From: the human T2T-CHM13v2.0 reference genome, Homo sapiens
DNA: 64,000 nucleotides
Direction: 5' to 3' (one strand)
NCBI RefSeq assembly: GCF_009914755.1
Contig: NC_060933.1
The number at the start of each line of letters is the position of its first letter. The stretch's first letter is position 1. The notes under the pieces were generated by a model. The model was not told where the DNA came from, did not search any database, and was given only the letters and a program-made list of their open reading frames with translations. A program made the position numbers and the translations under genes. Below, piece after piece: positions 48,487-61,106 of this stretch.

Positions 48487-51400
48487 GGGTTTTGTTGTTG
48501 TTGTTGTTGTTGTTTAGGGTCGACAACATGCTATTGGGGACACATAATAGTTGTACATATTTATCAGGTACATATGACATTTTGATATGTATATAGTGTG
48601 TAATGATCAAGTCAAGGTGATTGGGAAACCACCCAATTTATCATTCCTTTGTGTTATGAGCATTCCATTTCCAATTTTCTAGTTATGTTGAAATATACAG
48701 TAAAGTATTGTTAACTTTAGTCACCCTGTTATGCTACTGAACACTAGATCTTATTCTATGTAACTGTATTTTGTACCCATTAACCACCTCTTCTTTATTC
48801 TCTTCCCAGCTTCTGATATCCATCATTCTAGTTTCTATCTCTACGAGTTCAATATTTTTTTGCTCCCACATATGAGTAAGAACATGTAATATTTGTCTTT
48901 CTGTGCTTGACTTATTTCACTTAACCTAACTGTCCTCCAGGTCCATCCACATTGTTTCAGAAGACAGAATTTCATTCTTTATTACGGATGAATAATATTC
49001 CATTGTGTATTTGTACCACATTTTCTTTATCTATTTAAACATTGATGGACACTGCTTAGGTTAATTTCATATCTTGGCTATTGTGAATGGTGCCACAGTA
49101 AACAAGGGAGTGTGGATATATCTTCGATATACTGATTTCTTTTTTGAGGGGTATATACCCCACAGTGAGATTGCTAGATCATGTGGTAGTTCTATTTTTA
49201 GTTTTTTTTAGGGACGTCTACAGTATTCTTTATAGTGGTTGTACTAATTTACATTGTCATGAACAGTCTGCAAGAGTTCACATTCTTGCCAGCATCTGTT
49301 ACTGCCTGTCTTTTTGATAAAAGCCATTTTAACTGGGGTGAGATGATATCTCATTGTAGTTTTGCATTCTTATGAGAGAAATGCAAATGCAAATGAGTGA
49401 TGTTGAGCATTTTTCCATGTTGGCCATTTTTACGTCTTCCTTCGAAAAATGTCTCTTCAGGTATTTTGCCCATTTTTAAACTAGATTATTATTATGTTTT
49501 CATATTGAGCAGTTTGAGCTCCTTATACATTCTGATTATTAATCCTATTAGATGGGTAATTTGCAAATATTATCTCTCACTCTGTGGGCTGTCTCTTCAC
49601 TTTACTGATTGTTTTCTTTGCTTGATGTGATCCTTTTTGTCCATTTTTTTTTTCATTGCTTGTGCTTTTGAGGTCTTACTCAAGAAACTTTTACCCAGAC
49701 CAATGTCCTTGAGTGTCACACCAATGCTTTCTTCTAGTAGTTTCATGTCCTAGGTTTAGGTCATTAATTCATTTTAACTTGACTTTTGTATATAGCAAGG
49801 TCTAGTTTCATTCTTCTGCATATGGACATCCACATTTTCCTGCACCATTCACTAAAGAAACTGTTCTTTCACCAATGTATGTTCCTAGAAGCTTTGTCAA
49901 AAATGAGTTGACCATAAATGTATGGATTTATTTCTGGGTTCTCTATTATGTTCCATTGGCATATGTGTCTGTTTTCATGTTGGTATCATGCTGTTTGGGT
50001 TGATATAGCACTGAAGTATAATTTTGAGTCAGGTAATGTGGTGCCCCCAGCTTCGCTCTTTTTGCTCAGAATGACTTTGGTTATTCTGGGTCTTTGATGG
50101 TTCCATAAAATGATATAATTTTTTTTTCTATTTCCATGAAAATGTCATTGGTATTTTGAAAGATATTGCATTGAATCGGTAGATTGCTTTACATACTAGG
50201 GATATTTTAACAACATTGATTCTTTCAATCCATAAGCCTGGAAACTTTTTCTATTTTTTTTTTTTTGCCTTCTTCAAAGTTTTTAATTCATGTTTTATAG
50301 TTTTTATTATTTTTATCTTCCACATCTTTGGTCATGTTTATTTTTATGTATTTTATTTTATTTGTAGCTATTGCAAATGGGAATATTTTCTTGGTTTCTT
50401 TTTCAGATTGCTCACCATTGTCATGTAGAAATACTACTGAATTTTCTATGTTGATACTATGTCCTACAACTTTATTGAATTTATCAGTCCTAATGTTTTT
50501 GGTGAAGTCTTTAGGTTTTTCTAAATATAAGGTTATATCATTTGCAGACAAGAATAATCTGACTTGTTTCTTTCCAATTTGGATGCCTTTATTTCTTTCT
50601 CATGTCTAATTGCTCTGGCTAGGACTACCAGTACCTGTTGGATAACAGTGGTGAAAATGGCCATCCTTGTCTTGTTCCAGATCTTAGAAGAAAGTCTTCT
50701 AGTCTTTTCCTATTCAGTGTGATGCTAGCTGTGTGTTTCTCATATATGGCTTTTATCATGTTGAGGTATGTTCCTTCTATACCCTGTTTGTTGAGAGTTT
50801 TTATCATGAAGGAAGGTTGAATTTTATTGACTATTGTTCGGCGTCTATTGAAATGTTCATATAGTGTGTCCTTCATTCTGTTGATGCCAGTATCACATTT
50901 ATTGATTTGGATATGTTGAACTATCCTTCCATCTCAGGGATGAATCTCTTCTGGTCCATGGTGGGTCTAGAAACATCGGCCAGGGGCTAAGGCCTGGAAT
51001 TAGGGGCTTTAGGAATCTACTTGGTGCTTTATTTTACTGCAGCTGAGCTGGTACCAAGTTGCAAGACAAAGTCCTCTGTATTCTTCCCTATCCTTTCCCC
51101 AAGTGAAAGGAGTCTCTCATAGAGTGGCCCTGCTAGAGTTGGGGGAGGGGTTATGCAGGCACTCAATATCCCCTATAGCTGGTGTTGAACTGGACTGCAC
51201 TCAAGTCCCATTGCCTCCAAGACCAGTGTGGCACCAGGACTTTCCCAAGGACTGGAGTCCTTGTAGCTTAACTTCCATTCAAATGCATTCAGGGCCCCAG
51301 ACCACTTTACTTAGCTGGTGGTGAAGTCATCCAAGGCTTGAGTTCCTCCTGCTTAGGCAGAAGATTCCCCTCTGGCCCATGGCTGGTCTAAATGCTCATT

Positions 51401-51744
51401 CTGTGGGCACTGGCAGAATTCTGTCTTGTGTTGTGTTCTGCTGTGAAAGGGCAGCCCTGAATTACAATGCAAAGTTCCACAGTACTTTGCTCTTGAAGCA
51501 CACAGATTCTCTCCATACAGGGCTTCCTGAGACTGGGGGAGGGGTGGTTTAAGCAGTGCCAGGTTAACTTTCCTACTCTCTTCAATGTGCCTTTCTTTGT
51601 TACTATGTTAAAAGCAGGTACTATGATCATTCACCTAATTGTTTGGTTCTTATGAAGCTGCTTTCTTGCGTGAATCGTTGTTCAGTTTGGTGTTCTTGCA
51701 GGGGGATGATACCTAGAGAGTTCTATTTGGCCATCTTGCTTCCC
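48487..51744 (-). mobile_element. L1MA3/4-like element: 3' UTR and ORF2 RT-to-end (~48540-50960) joined to a 5' UTR segment (~50960-51744)
   Basis: Antisense L1MA 3' UTR. ORF remnants 50625-50876 ([15 protein letters not shown]) and 50288-50551 (ANDITLYLEKPKD). 5' end reads ggccatcttgcttcc. Candidate TSD atatt[g/c]tact at 48477-48486 and 51745-51754. Confidence 0.85.
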
Positions 51745-52443
51745 ATATTCTACTTTTTGATGAATTTCCCTTTACTAGGGCAACTTTTCTAGCTCTCTTG
51801 TACCTCTGATTATTCTTTCAATTTCCCTCCTAATCATAGGATATTGCCTTTATATATGTGTAGTCTTAGTATTTACCATGTCATTCCCAAATAGACACTA
51901 ACTTTTGTAGGGGAATGAGCTATGTCACATATGTCTTTTGTCTTTCCACACTGCCTCATAGAGTGGCAACCACATAGAAAATAGAAAGTTAAGAAAATAT
52001 TTGAAGGATTTGCTGATTGCTTGATAAAAATTTATGTACACATATTTCATATGTTAACCAGTTATGTTAACAGTATGCTTATAACTTACATTTGACCATG
52101 AAGTCTCAAGTAATATCACACTCAATCATAAAGTGTAAATGGGAAGATCCTCTGGCAAAATTATAAACATCTCTATTGTCATCACATAAGAGACCCTAAA
52201 ATCCTGTGGCTAACTTCTTATTAATAAACTTGATGACAATGAGCTTCACTTCTACCTTCAAATGGAGAAAATATAAAGGAAAAAAGGCTTCCTTCTTTTC
52301 TCTGGTTTCTATATTAACTGTTGTATATTTTCCCAGGAAAGTTTTTCAAAGCCTCTAACTTTGTGGATAGTATTAGACTAGAATATGTGAATTATTGATC
52401 CCATGGATAACAACCTTAATGTTCTAATTAAAAGTTTATGGCT

Positions 52444-52780
52444 TGAGATTATGTCCTTTGCAGGGACATGGTTGGAGCTGGAAGTCCTTATCCTCAGCAA
52501 ACTAACTCAGGAAGAGAGAACCAAACACCACATGTTCTCACTCATAAATGGGAGCTAAACAATGAGAACACATGGACACAGGGAAGAGAACAACACACAC
52601 TGGGGCCTGTAGGGGTGCAGGGGGAAGGAGAGCATCAGGATAATTAGCTAATGCACTTGGGGCTTAGTACTTAGGTGATGGGTTTATAGGTGCAGCAAAC
52701 CACTGTGGCACACATTTACCTATGTAACAAACCTGTACGTGCTGCACATGTATCCTGGAACTTAAAGTAAAATAAATAAA
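52444..52780 (+). mobile_element. Short 5'-truncated L1PA (PA10/11-like) 3' end
   Basis: L1PA 3' UTR ending gcacatgtatcctggaacttaaagtaaaataaataaa. TSD taaaagtttatg[g/a]ct at 52429-52443 and 52781-52795. Confidence 0.92.
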
Positions 52781-53083
52781 TAAAAGTTTATGACTAATTC
52801 TTGCACACTTAATACCTTTCTTCATTTACATATAGTTTATAACTTGTATCTTAACATACTGTCTCCCTCAGCGTTGTTATACCAATGTGGTATCAAAATA
52901 AATATTTATTCAGCTATTCCCTTCCATATACCTTTAAATGCTTACCTCTACTATTTTCTTTTTCCACCATTTTTATCCTTTTTTCTTTACTTTTTGTTTC
53001 TCTTTTTTGCTGTCTTTTGATCTTTTACCTTCTTTATTTTTTTCTTTTACCATATGTTATAAACCTATTTAGTGCAAATCCTG

Positions 53084-53158
53084 TCTGGTCTTCCCATGAA
53101 GTAGCCATTCTTTTATTTCTTTACTTTCTTTAAAAACAAAAACAAACAAACAAAAACC
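53084..53158 (+). mobile_element. Tiny retroposed insertion: MER41-like LTR 3' fragment plus A-rich tail
   Basis: cccatgaagtagccattcttttatttctttactttctt followed by taaaaacaaaaacaaacaaacaaaaac. Flanked by exact 17-bp atttagtgcaaatcctg at 53067-53083 and 53159-53175. Confidence 0.8.
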
Positions 53159-54249
53159 ATTTAGTGCAAATCCTGATGTTAAATTTCGAAATGGTTCAAT
53201 GTCAATTGTGTGGATTCTGCCCTTGAGGTGCTGTCTGGTAGAACAGATGGGGCATACATATAAATTAAATAATAATACAAATTATCAGTAATGAATGCCA
53301 TGAGAAATTGCTGATAAAGAATTTCCCACATACAAACCACCCTTTTACAATCTTTCTAATCATAACTTCCTGTTTACTAAACTACATGATTTATTTTGCT
53401 TTTGCATATTTTCACAAAGATTCCTCTCCTTTATTGTTAACTGAAAATTTCTCAACAGTTAGAATAAGACATGAGAATCTGTGAAATATTTAAGACTGAG
53501 GTCTTGAAATATCCACATTTTATCTGAGATGGTAATGGTATCTGTGTTTAAAAAGGTTTCAGTCAGAAGGAGGCATCCCTGTCCAAAGGCTATTGCATTG
53601 GTGCAGCAGAAGAAAATAAGCAACTCAGCTAAAGTATATAGTAAGGAGAGAAAATAATATATTATAATATATTGGGGCTAATTTGAATAATAAATGTAAA
53701 ATAGAGTAATTTTTCTCCTTTCTTCCTATATAGTTTTCTCATCCAAAGGCAAAACTCCTTAGAAGGAAGGAGTGGATGTGACATATCTGAAAAGAAAGCC
53801 AAGACTTAAATATGTTCAAGACTAACGGACTAGTGCTGATGAGCAGAATGGTGGAAACATAAAAAAATGTCTGCTAGCAATCTTCTGTTCAGTATAGCTT
53901 CTCTCCCACTCGATCCACGTGATCATTGTGGAGCTATTATCTCTGAGCAATGCCGCTCTGCCCATACAACCACACTCAATCTGTTCAAAGATGGGACGCT
54001 CAACCAAGTGTGCCGAGGTCCTCCCTGATGATTAGCATATGGATATAGAACCATTTTCCACCTTTGGGTATCTATACTAAAAGATGAAACCTGTTTTTGC
54101 CAATGGGTTTATGAGAATGAAGAAAGTAAGGCACATAAAAAAAATAGAACAATTACTGCTGGTAATAGGATCCCATGCTATGCCAAATGGGGTCATAAAA
54201 AAGGGAGGGAGAGGTGGAGGAGGCAAGGGCAGCTTGGATATAGGAATAA

Positions 54250-54619
<370 letters not shown>

Positions 54620-54645
54620 TAGACAAAATCAAGATGTTTATTTGT

Positions 54646-55022
<377 letters not shown>

Positions 55023-55425
55023 TTAAATAAATTTTTTATAATTAAATAATATCTATTTGGATGACATATAGAAAAGAAAAACACAGCTGCCATATTCAAA
55101 TACAACAAATATAACTTATTTTTAATATAAATTAGAGCCAGAAAATTAGCCCATGATGAACTTAGAAAGGTGTTGCAAAATGTGGCATAATTTGTCTTTT
55201 TTTTCTGTTATAACCATGCCTAATCATAATAAGCTAGAGGCTTTAGTAAAGTTTTTTAATATAAATTGAATTAATATGGTTTTAGTTATAAAAGAACATT
55301 TCATAGTTTTCCTGAGTCTGTACATATTCCATATTCTCATATATTATCTATCGCCATTGATCTTTTAAAATTTTAAATAATTTAATTCTGGAACATTTCA
55401 AAATTGTCAAATCTCACAGATTATT

Positions 55426-55503
55426 TTAACTAGTAAATTTTCCAGTAAATTAACTAGTAAATTTTCTAGTAAATTAACTAGTAAATTTAACTAGTAAATT
55501 TTC
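55426..55503. repeat. AT-rich minisatellite of taactagtaaatt-type units
   Basis: Six agtaaat cores. Flanked by tcaaaa[t/c]tgtcaaat at 55398-55412 and 55505-55519. Confidence 0.88.
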
Positions 55504-55815
55504 ATCAAAACTGTCAAATTATAATCTTATAAAATATTATAGTTCTCTTTGGAAGATTTATTATCATGAAGTAATCATGTTGATTTTTATACAAAATATG
55601 TTTATTTTTTTCTTTGTTTAGCAATAATCATTGTGTTACTAATAACTTTCATTCAACCTGTTTGCTGTTCTCTGGGTTTGTTTATATAGTGAAATGAATA
55701 TATTTCTATAAAATATTATATATTAATATGGGTTGGGGGGATTTACTTCTCACTCACAGGAGTTGGGTCCATAAATGTTTGAGGAACATATGATGACTAG
55801 GAGCAAAAATTAGGA

Positions 55816-55865
55816 CCTAAGCCCTAACTCTAAAGACAAGCCTAACCCCTAACTCTCAAGACAAC
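55816..55865. repeat. 25-bp tandem duplication
   Basis: cctaagccctaactctaaagacaag / cctaacccctaactctcaagacaac. Confidence 0.88.
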
Positions 55866-56221
55866 TTAAAGATTCTCAAAGTCAGAAAGTGAAAGTGGAG
55901 ATATCATGAGGAAGAAGTTGATGGGGGACACAAATAGTTTTTTTTTTAAGTGGACTGGAGTTGAGTCAGTAGCCATAGATTCACAGGTTATCCTCTTGTG
56001 GATTCTATCACCAGTACCCAGTTCCTGCACAACACATCAACTGGAATCCAGAAACCATTAAGCCCTCACCTGAATGGTCATATGGTGTGTGTGTCAAAGA
56101 ACCATTAGTTTTCTTTCTAGGTGGCCTCATGAAGATCCTCTTGGTAACAGCCAAAAAGTCACATGATGTTATTGCCTTGTTAGAGTGATGCTTATTGGTA
56201 GCTTTAGGTCTAACTAGGCCC

Positions 56222-56736
56222 TGTTGTAGGCTAAAAAAAAGTTCCCAAAGCTATACCCACCTTCCAATCCCTCAAACTTGTGATACCCTTATTGTGGAAA
56301 AGAGTCTTTGCCAATGTAATTAGTTAAAACTCTTAAGTGAGAGAATAATCCTGGATTATTCTGGTGGGCCCTAAATAACATGACAAGTCAAAGAGAAAGA
56401 TAGAGAGAGACAACACAGACACACAGAGCAGAAGGCATTGTGAGGATGAAGGCAGGGATTGAAGGGATATAACCATGGGCCCAGGAATGCCAGCATCCCT
56501 CAGAAGATGGAAAAAGCAAGGAACACATTCTCCTTTAGAGCCTTCAGAGGAAATGTGGCCTTGTGGACACTTTTTTGGACTTCTGACCTACAGAACTTAA
56601 GAAAATAAAGTTCTATTGTTTCAAGCCATTGAGTTTGTGGCTTTTATCTCAGGATATTACCTTTCCAATATCATATATATATATAATCGCCTACTTTATA
56701 TCTAACCTATTACAGTATCTATAGGTAACTAATATA
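56222..56736 (+). mobile_element. MLT1C/D-like MaLR solo LTR
   Basis: ctggattattctggtgggccctaaat...ttctcctttagagccttcagagg...aataaagttctattgtttcaagcca, ending aactaatata. Confidence 0.8.
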
Positions 56737-56743
56737 GCTACCA

Positions 56744-57152
56744 TGTCTGTCTATTCTGGCATTCCTTTAGATAGTCACCTGAGACTGTGTAATTTATAAA
56801 GAAAAGAAGCTTAATTTGGCTCATGGTTCTGCAGGCTGTACAGGCAAGGCGCCAACATCTGCTCAGCTTCTGGTGAGGCCTCAGGGAGATTTCAATAGTG
56901 GCGGAAGTTAAAGTGTAGCCAGTGTATCACATGGTGGGAGGAGGAACAAGAGAGAGAAAGGATAAGATAGGCTCTTCAAACAAACAGATCTCACTTAAAT
57001 TCAGAGAAAATACTTACTCATTAGCCTGGGAGTGGCACTAAGCCAGGGATCTGCATGTATGATCCAATACCTCTCAGTAGGCCCCACCTCCAACATTGGG
57101 GATTACATGTCAACATAAGATTTGGAGAGGACAACACATTCAAACCATATCA
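56744..57152 (-). mobile_element. MSTB-like MaLR solo LTR
   Basis: cctgagactgtgtaatttataaagaaaagaagcttaatttggctcatggttctgcaggctgtacagg...caaaccatatca. Confidence 0.85.
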
Positions 57153-58695
57153 GCCCCCATCCTACTTTTGCCCATGTTGATAGCCTGAGATAAAAGGTGG
57201 AGTCCTGGACATCTAGTGGAATGGTTGTATAAAACACAAATTGCCAAACACCTGAACATATATGAAAATGAATGTCACCAACTCAGGATCTTTCTCTGAG
57301 CTAGAATAGTGGTCAAATGCACTTCTTGGATAAATATATAAATATATAACAGATGTGTATGTACATATATATGAATATAAGTATTGCATGTTTGTTTAGA
57401 GGGAGCAAAAGAGCACATTTACTTTTCATTCTCAAGGTTAAAGATATGAACAAATTCTGTTTAGTACATTCTAATTTCTCTGTAACTGTATTGCTCTTTA
57501 CCCATTTGAAGGGAAGTTAGGAAAGTATGCTAAAAAACTGAAAAACTGAAACTTTTTTTTTCCTCTTCATTTCTGGATGTATTTAGATTGAAAAGACAGT
57601 GCAGTAAAGAGTAGAAAAAATAATCTACCCTTGGCACCTAAACACTCACAATTTAAGACAATTATATACCCCAGGATGTTTTTAAAGAAAGACTCACCTG
57701 AAATGGATATTCCCAAAAAGAGGTTACTGATAGTATATTTAATTATCCAGTCTAAAATGTAATAGTTTCACATCCATGTTATGTATGTCATGTATTACCA
57801 GAGAACATTTCAAAACACTCAAGACTGTAGCATGCTTTCTATTTAGGTGCCATATGCACAATCTACAATCTTTGTTGAGAGCCGCTTGCTTTCATATAGT
57901 TAAAAGAGACACAGAAAGTGCATGTCTTTCATCCAAAGCGAGGTTCAGGGCTCGATTTCACCAGTCACCTACCAGTGAAACCACTTGGTGGCATGCCTTT
58001 CCCTAAATTTATACAGAATTCCAAGCATAGATTAAAAATTTTGCATCTTGATTTCATGAATGTGAATAGTTAAAGAGTCAGGGCATATGAACACATTATA
58101 AGAAAAACCTAAAGAAATGTAGCAAAGTCTTTTATTTTTTATTTCAACATTAAAGCAAATACCACCTGTGCAGTAAAAAATGCCCACATTCTTAACATAC
58201 TGAGAACTGTGAGAAGTCAAGCAGGTGCTGAGAAGAAAATAGTAAAGAAAAAAAATATGTTTCTTAAAATAAAACATTTACCTTCAAGTTTTTAACATCC
58301 TGTTTATTTCTCTTCATGTTAAGTTATAACAAGTATCACGTATACTGTTGAGAAATATTTTTCAAAAGAAGGACTAGAAGACCACAGAATTATGACCTAT
58401 AGAAAATGACAAGAAATAGATGGAAGTTTGGGGTTTTTTTTTAGAGGCCATTATGTAAGGAAGAAAAAATTGTGAGGTGGTTATTATCTTGGAACCAAGG
58501 CGATTGCAGAAATTAGCCAGTGGAAGAATCAGAAGTTTATAATGATTGTGAAATATTGTAGTTCAAGAAACCAGGTGTAAACATACAGTGAAACGTGTGC
58601 TGCAGTTGCACCGACAGTTTGTCTCCTTAAAGAGAACCTCTTAAGGGACCTCTAGCTAAAATAAGAATTGTCTTTTAGGAAGGATACCAGGGGAA

Positions 58696-58881
58696 GAGTT
58701 GTCAAAATGCAGGATGACCCATAGTTATTTCAAATAAACAACAAATAATTTTCTACCATAACTTGTCCCAAATCTTGCACTATTATGCTATATTTATGCT
58801 AAACACTCGATTGATTGTTTATCTAAATTTCAAATGTAACTGGATGCCCTGTACTTATATTTGCTAAATCTGTCAACCCTA
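58696..58881. mobile_element. MER53-like palindromic MITE
   Basis: agagttgtcaaaatgcaggatg...tttcaaataaacaac...gttt atctaaatttcaaatgtaactggatgccctgta...tttgctaaatctgtcaacccta. Confidence 0.75.
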
Positions 58882-59140
58882 ACAAGGTGTCTTAGATACT
58901 TCAAGGTAACAGGAAAAATGAGAAACAGGATTTGGAAATATCACAGGAAACAATAAGTTTACATTGACTCTCTCAGTGATTCTCTCTCTCTATTTAATCT
59001 CTGTCTCCTCGCCTCTCTCTTTCATCCAGAACTTATTTATTCATTTTTTCTCTCTAGTTTATTCATTTTTTCTCAATGTAGAACAATTTTATCTTTTTTT
59101 TTACATTTATTTTTATGCATGCTATAAAGAAGCAAGTTGT

Positions 59141-59357
59141 AGCCTAGGCAAAATAGTGAGAGATCGTCTGTACAAAATGTTTTTAAAAAATTAGGTGGGT
59201 GTGCTGGCATGTGCCTGTAGTCCCAGCTACTGGGGAGGCTGAGAAGGGAGGATTCATTAAGCCCAGGAATTAGAGATTACAATGAGCTGTAGTCATGCCA
59301 CTGCACTCCAGCCTGGGTGAAAGAGTGAGACTGTTTCAAAAGAGAAAAAAAAAAAAA
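59141..59357 (+). mobile_element. 5'-truncated AluJ-like element
   Basis: J-type right arm (gggaggattcattaagcccagga...gagctgtagtcatgccactgcactccagcc) with A tail. Confidence 0.88.
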
Positions 59358-59456
59358 GGAAGGGAGGAGGGAGGGAAGGAGGAAGGAAGGAAGGAAGGAA
59401 AGAAGGAAGGAAGGAAGGAAGGAAGGAAGGAAGGAAGGAAGGAAGGAAGGAAGGAA
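59358..59456. repeat. GGAA microsatellite: (GGAA)5 AGAA (GGAA)13 at 59381-59456, preceded by GA-rich sequence
   Basis: Counted directly. It extends from the Alu tail. Confidence 0.97.
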
Positions 59457-60736
59457 ATTGGCCCACTTTTGCAGTTTTGGTTATTATCTACTTTCAGTTC
59501 AAATCAATAGCCACCAGGGTTTCTAGGTGACTTCATCCGGTGTCTTCTCAATAGATGCTATAGAAGCAGCCTTAGAAAAGAAATACAAATGGAGGAGGGA
59601 AACTGAGTAACATGGCTATTTAAGCCACAGTTATAAATCATGTCTTCAAGGATTATTAGCTTAAATATCACAAATTTACAAGATTAATTGAAAATATGAG
59701 TACACAAAATAATCTACACTGCAAAACTCCAGTTTGCACATATACAAACACAACTACATTCACACAAATTTAAAAAATTCGAAAATATTTCCAAGCACGG
59801 TTGTGGCGATGATGAAAATTTTATCTTCTTTGTATATTTTTATATTTGCCAAATTTTCTTCAAAAAGCCCTATTTACCTAAAGAACTCATGGCATCAAAA
59901 ATTGATAAGTGGAAGGAACACATGTCTTCTAAGAATTATGAGTGCAAGAAGGTTGTTTAGTAACCCAGGAGATTACAAATATTTCCCTTAATATGAACTG
60001 CAAGCTCTTCAGTCTGGAAAGTTCTGAAAATTTGCTCCAGAACACAATGTTTTAAAGGGAGAGAAATTAGAAAGGACAATACTTAAGATATTTTGAGAAA
60101 AAGTAATATATAAGGGAAAAGTGAGATATTTAAGCAAAATTACAGTATTTTAAATTATCTTTTAATTTAATTCAATTTCTATATCCTATACACATATAAA
60201 CAGGGCCTGAAATTGGGAGGCATGTACCTAACCTTAAATGCAAAAATTAAAGAGCTAGATAAATACTTAAGGCCATATAAGGTAATGAGTCTTATAAAGC
60301 TTTTGTTATGTGTTCACCAATATTATCAAGTCTTTTTTGTTATCATTTTTGGAAACATCTACAGCTTTAATCTTCTGACAACCTTTTCACTATTTGTTAA
60401 AAATTTATTTTCTAACAAGCTGTCTTGTCCATATATTTTTCACTTTAACCTTCTGTCTTCTGTTAAAATAACAATTTGCCTAGGCATTTAGGCTAAAACT
60501 TGCAGCCCACAGTGAATGAGTCACCAAGTTCTTCCAATTCTTTAAATTGCAACTTGAATCACTGTGTTGATCTCTGTTTCTGCTGTCACTTTGTATGTCA
60601 TCATTATATCATCATGGTTTTATGTTTAGATTATTTAATTATTTAAAAAGTAGTCCGACTCTCAGCTTGCTTTTAAATTTTGAAATTATTTTGAACATCG
60701 TTTCCTGATTATCTTCTTAAAACACTGCTTTGTGTA

Positions 60737-61106
60737 TGTATTAGTCCATTCTCATGCTGATAATAAAAACATACCCTAGACTGGGTCATTTATAAAGGAA
60801 AGAAGTTTAATTGACTCAGTTCCACAGGGCTGGGGAGGCCTCAGGAAACTTACAATCATGACAGAGGTGGAAGCAAACATGCCCTTCTTCACATGGCGGC
60901 AGCAAGGAAAAGTGCAGAGTGAAGTGGGGGAAAGCCCCTTATAAAACCACCAGATCTCATGAGAACTTACTATCACAAGAACAGCATGGAGGTGACAGCC
61001 CCAATGATTCAATTACCTCCCATCGGGACCCTCCTATGACAAGTAGGAATTATGAGAACTACAGTTCAAAATGAGATTTGGGTGGGAACACAGCCAAATC
61101 ACACCA
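60737..61106 (-). mobile_element. THE1C-like solo LTR
   Basis: tgtattagtccattctcatgctgataataaa...cagccaaatcacacca. Perfect TSD GTGTA at 60732-60736 and 61107-61111. Confidence 0.93.

Noticed and set aside
59295-59510. ORF with KEGR repeats
   Set aside because: Translation of the GGAA microsatellite.
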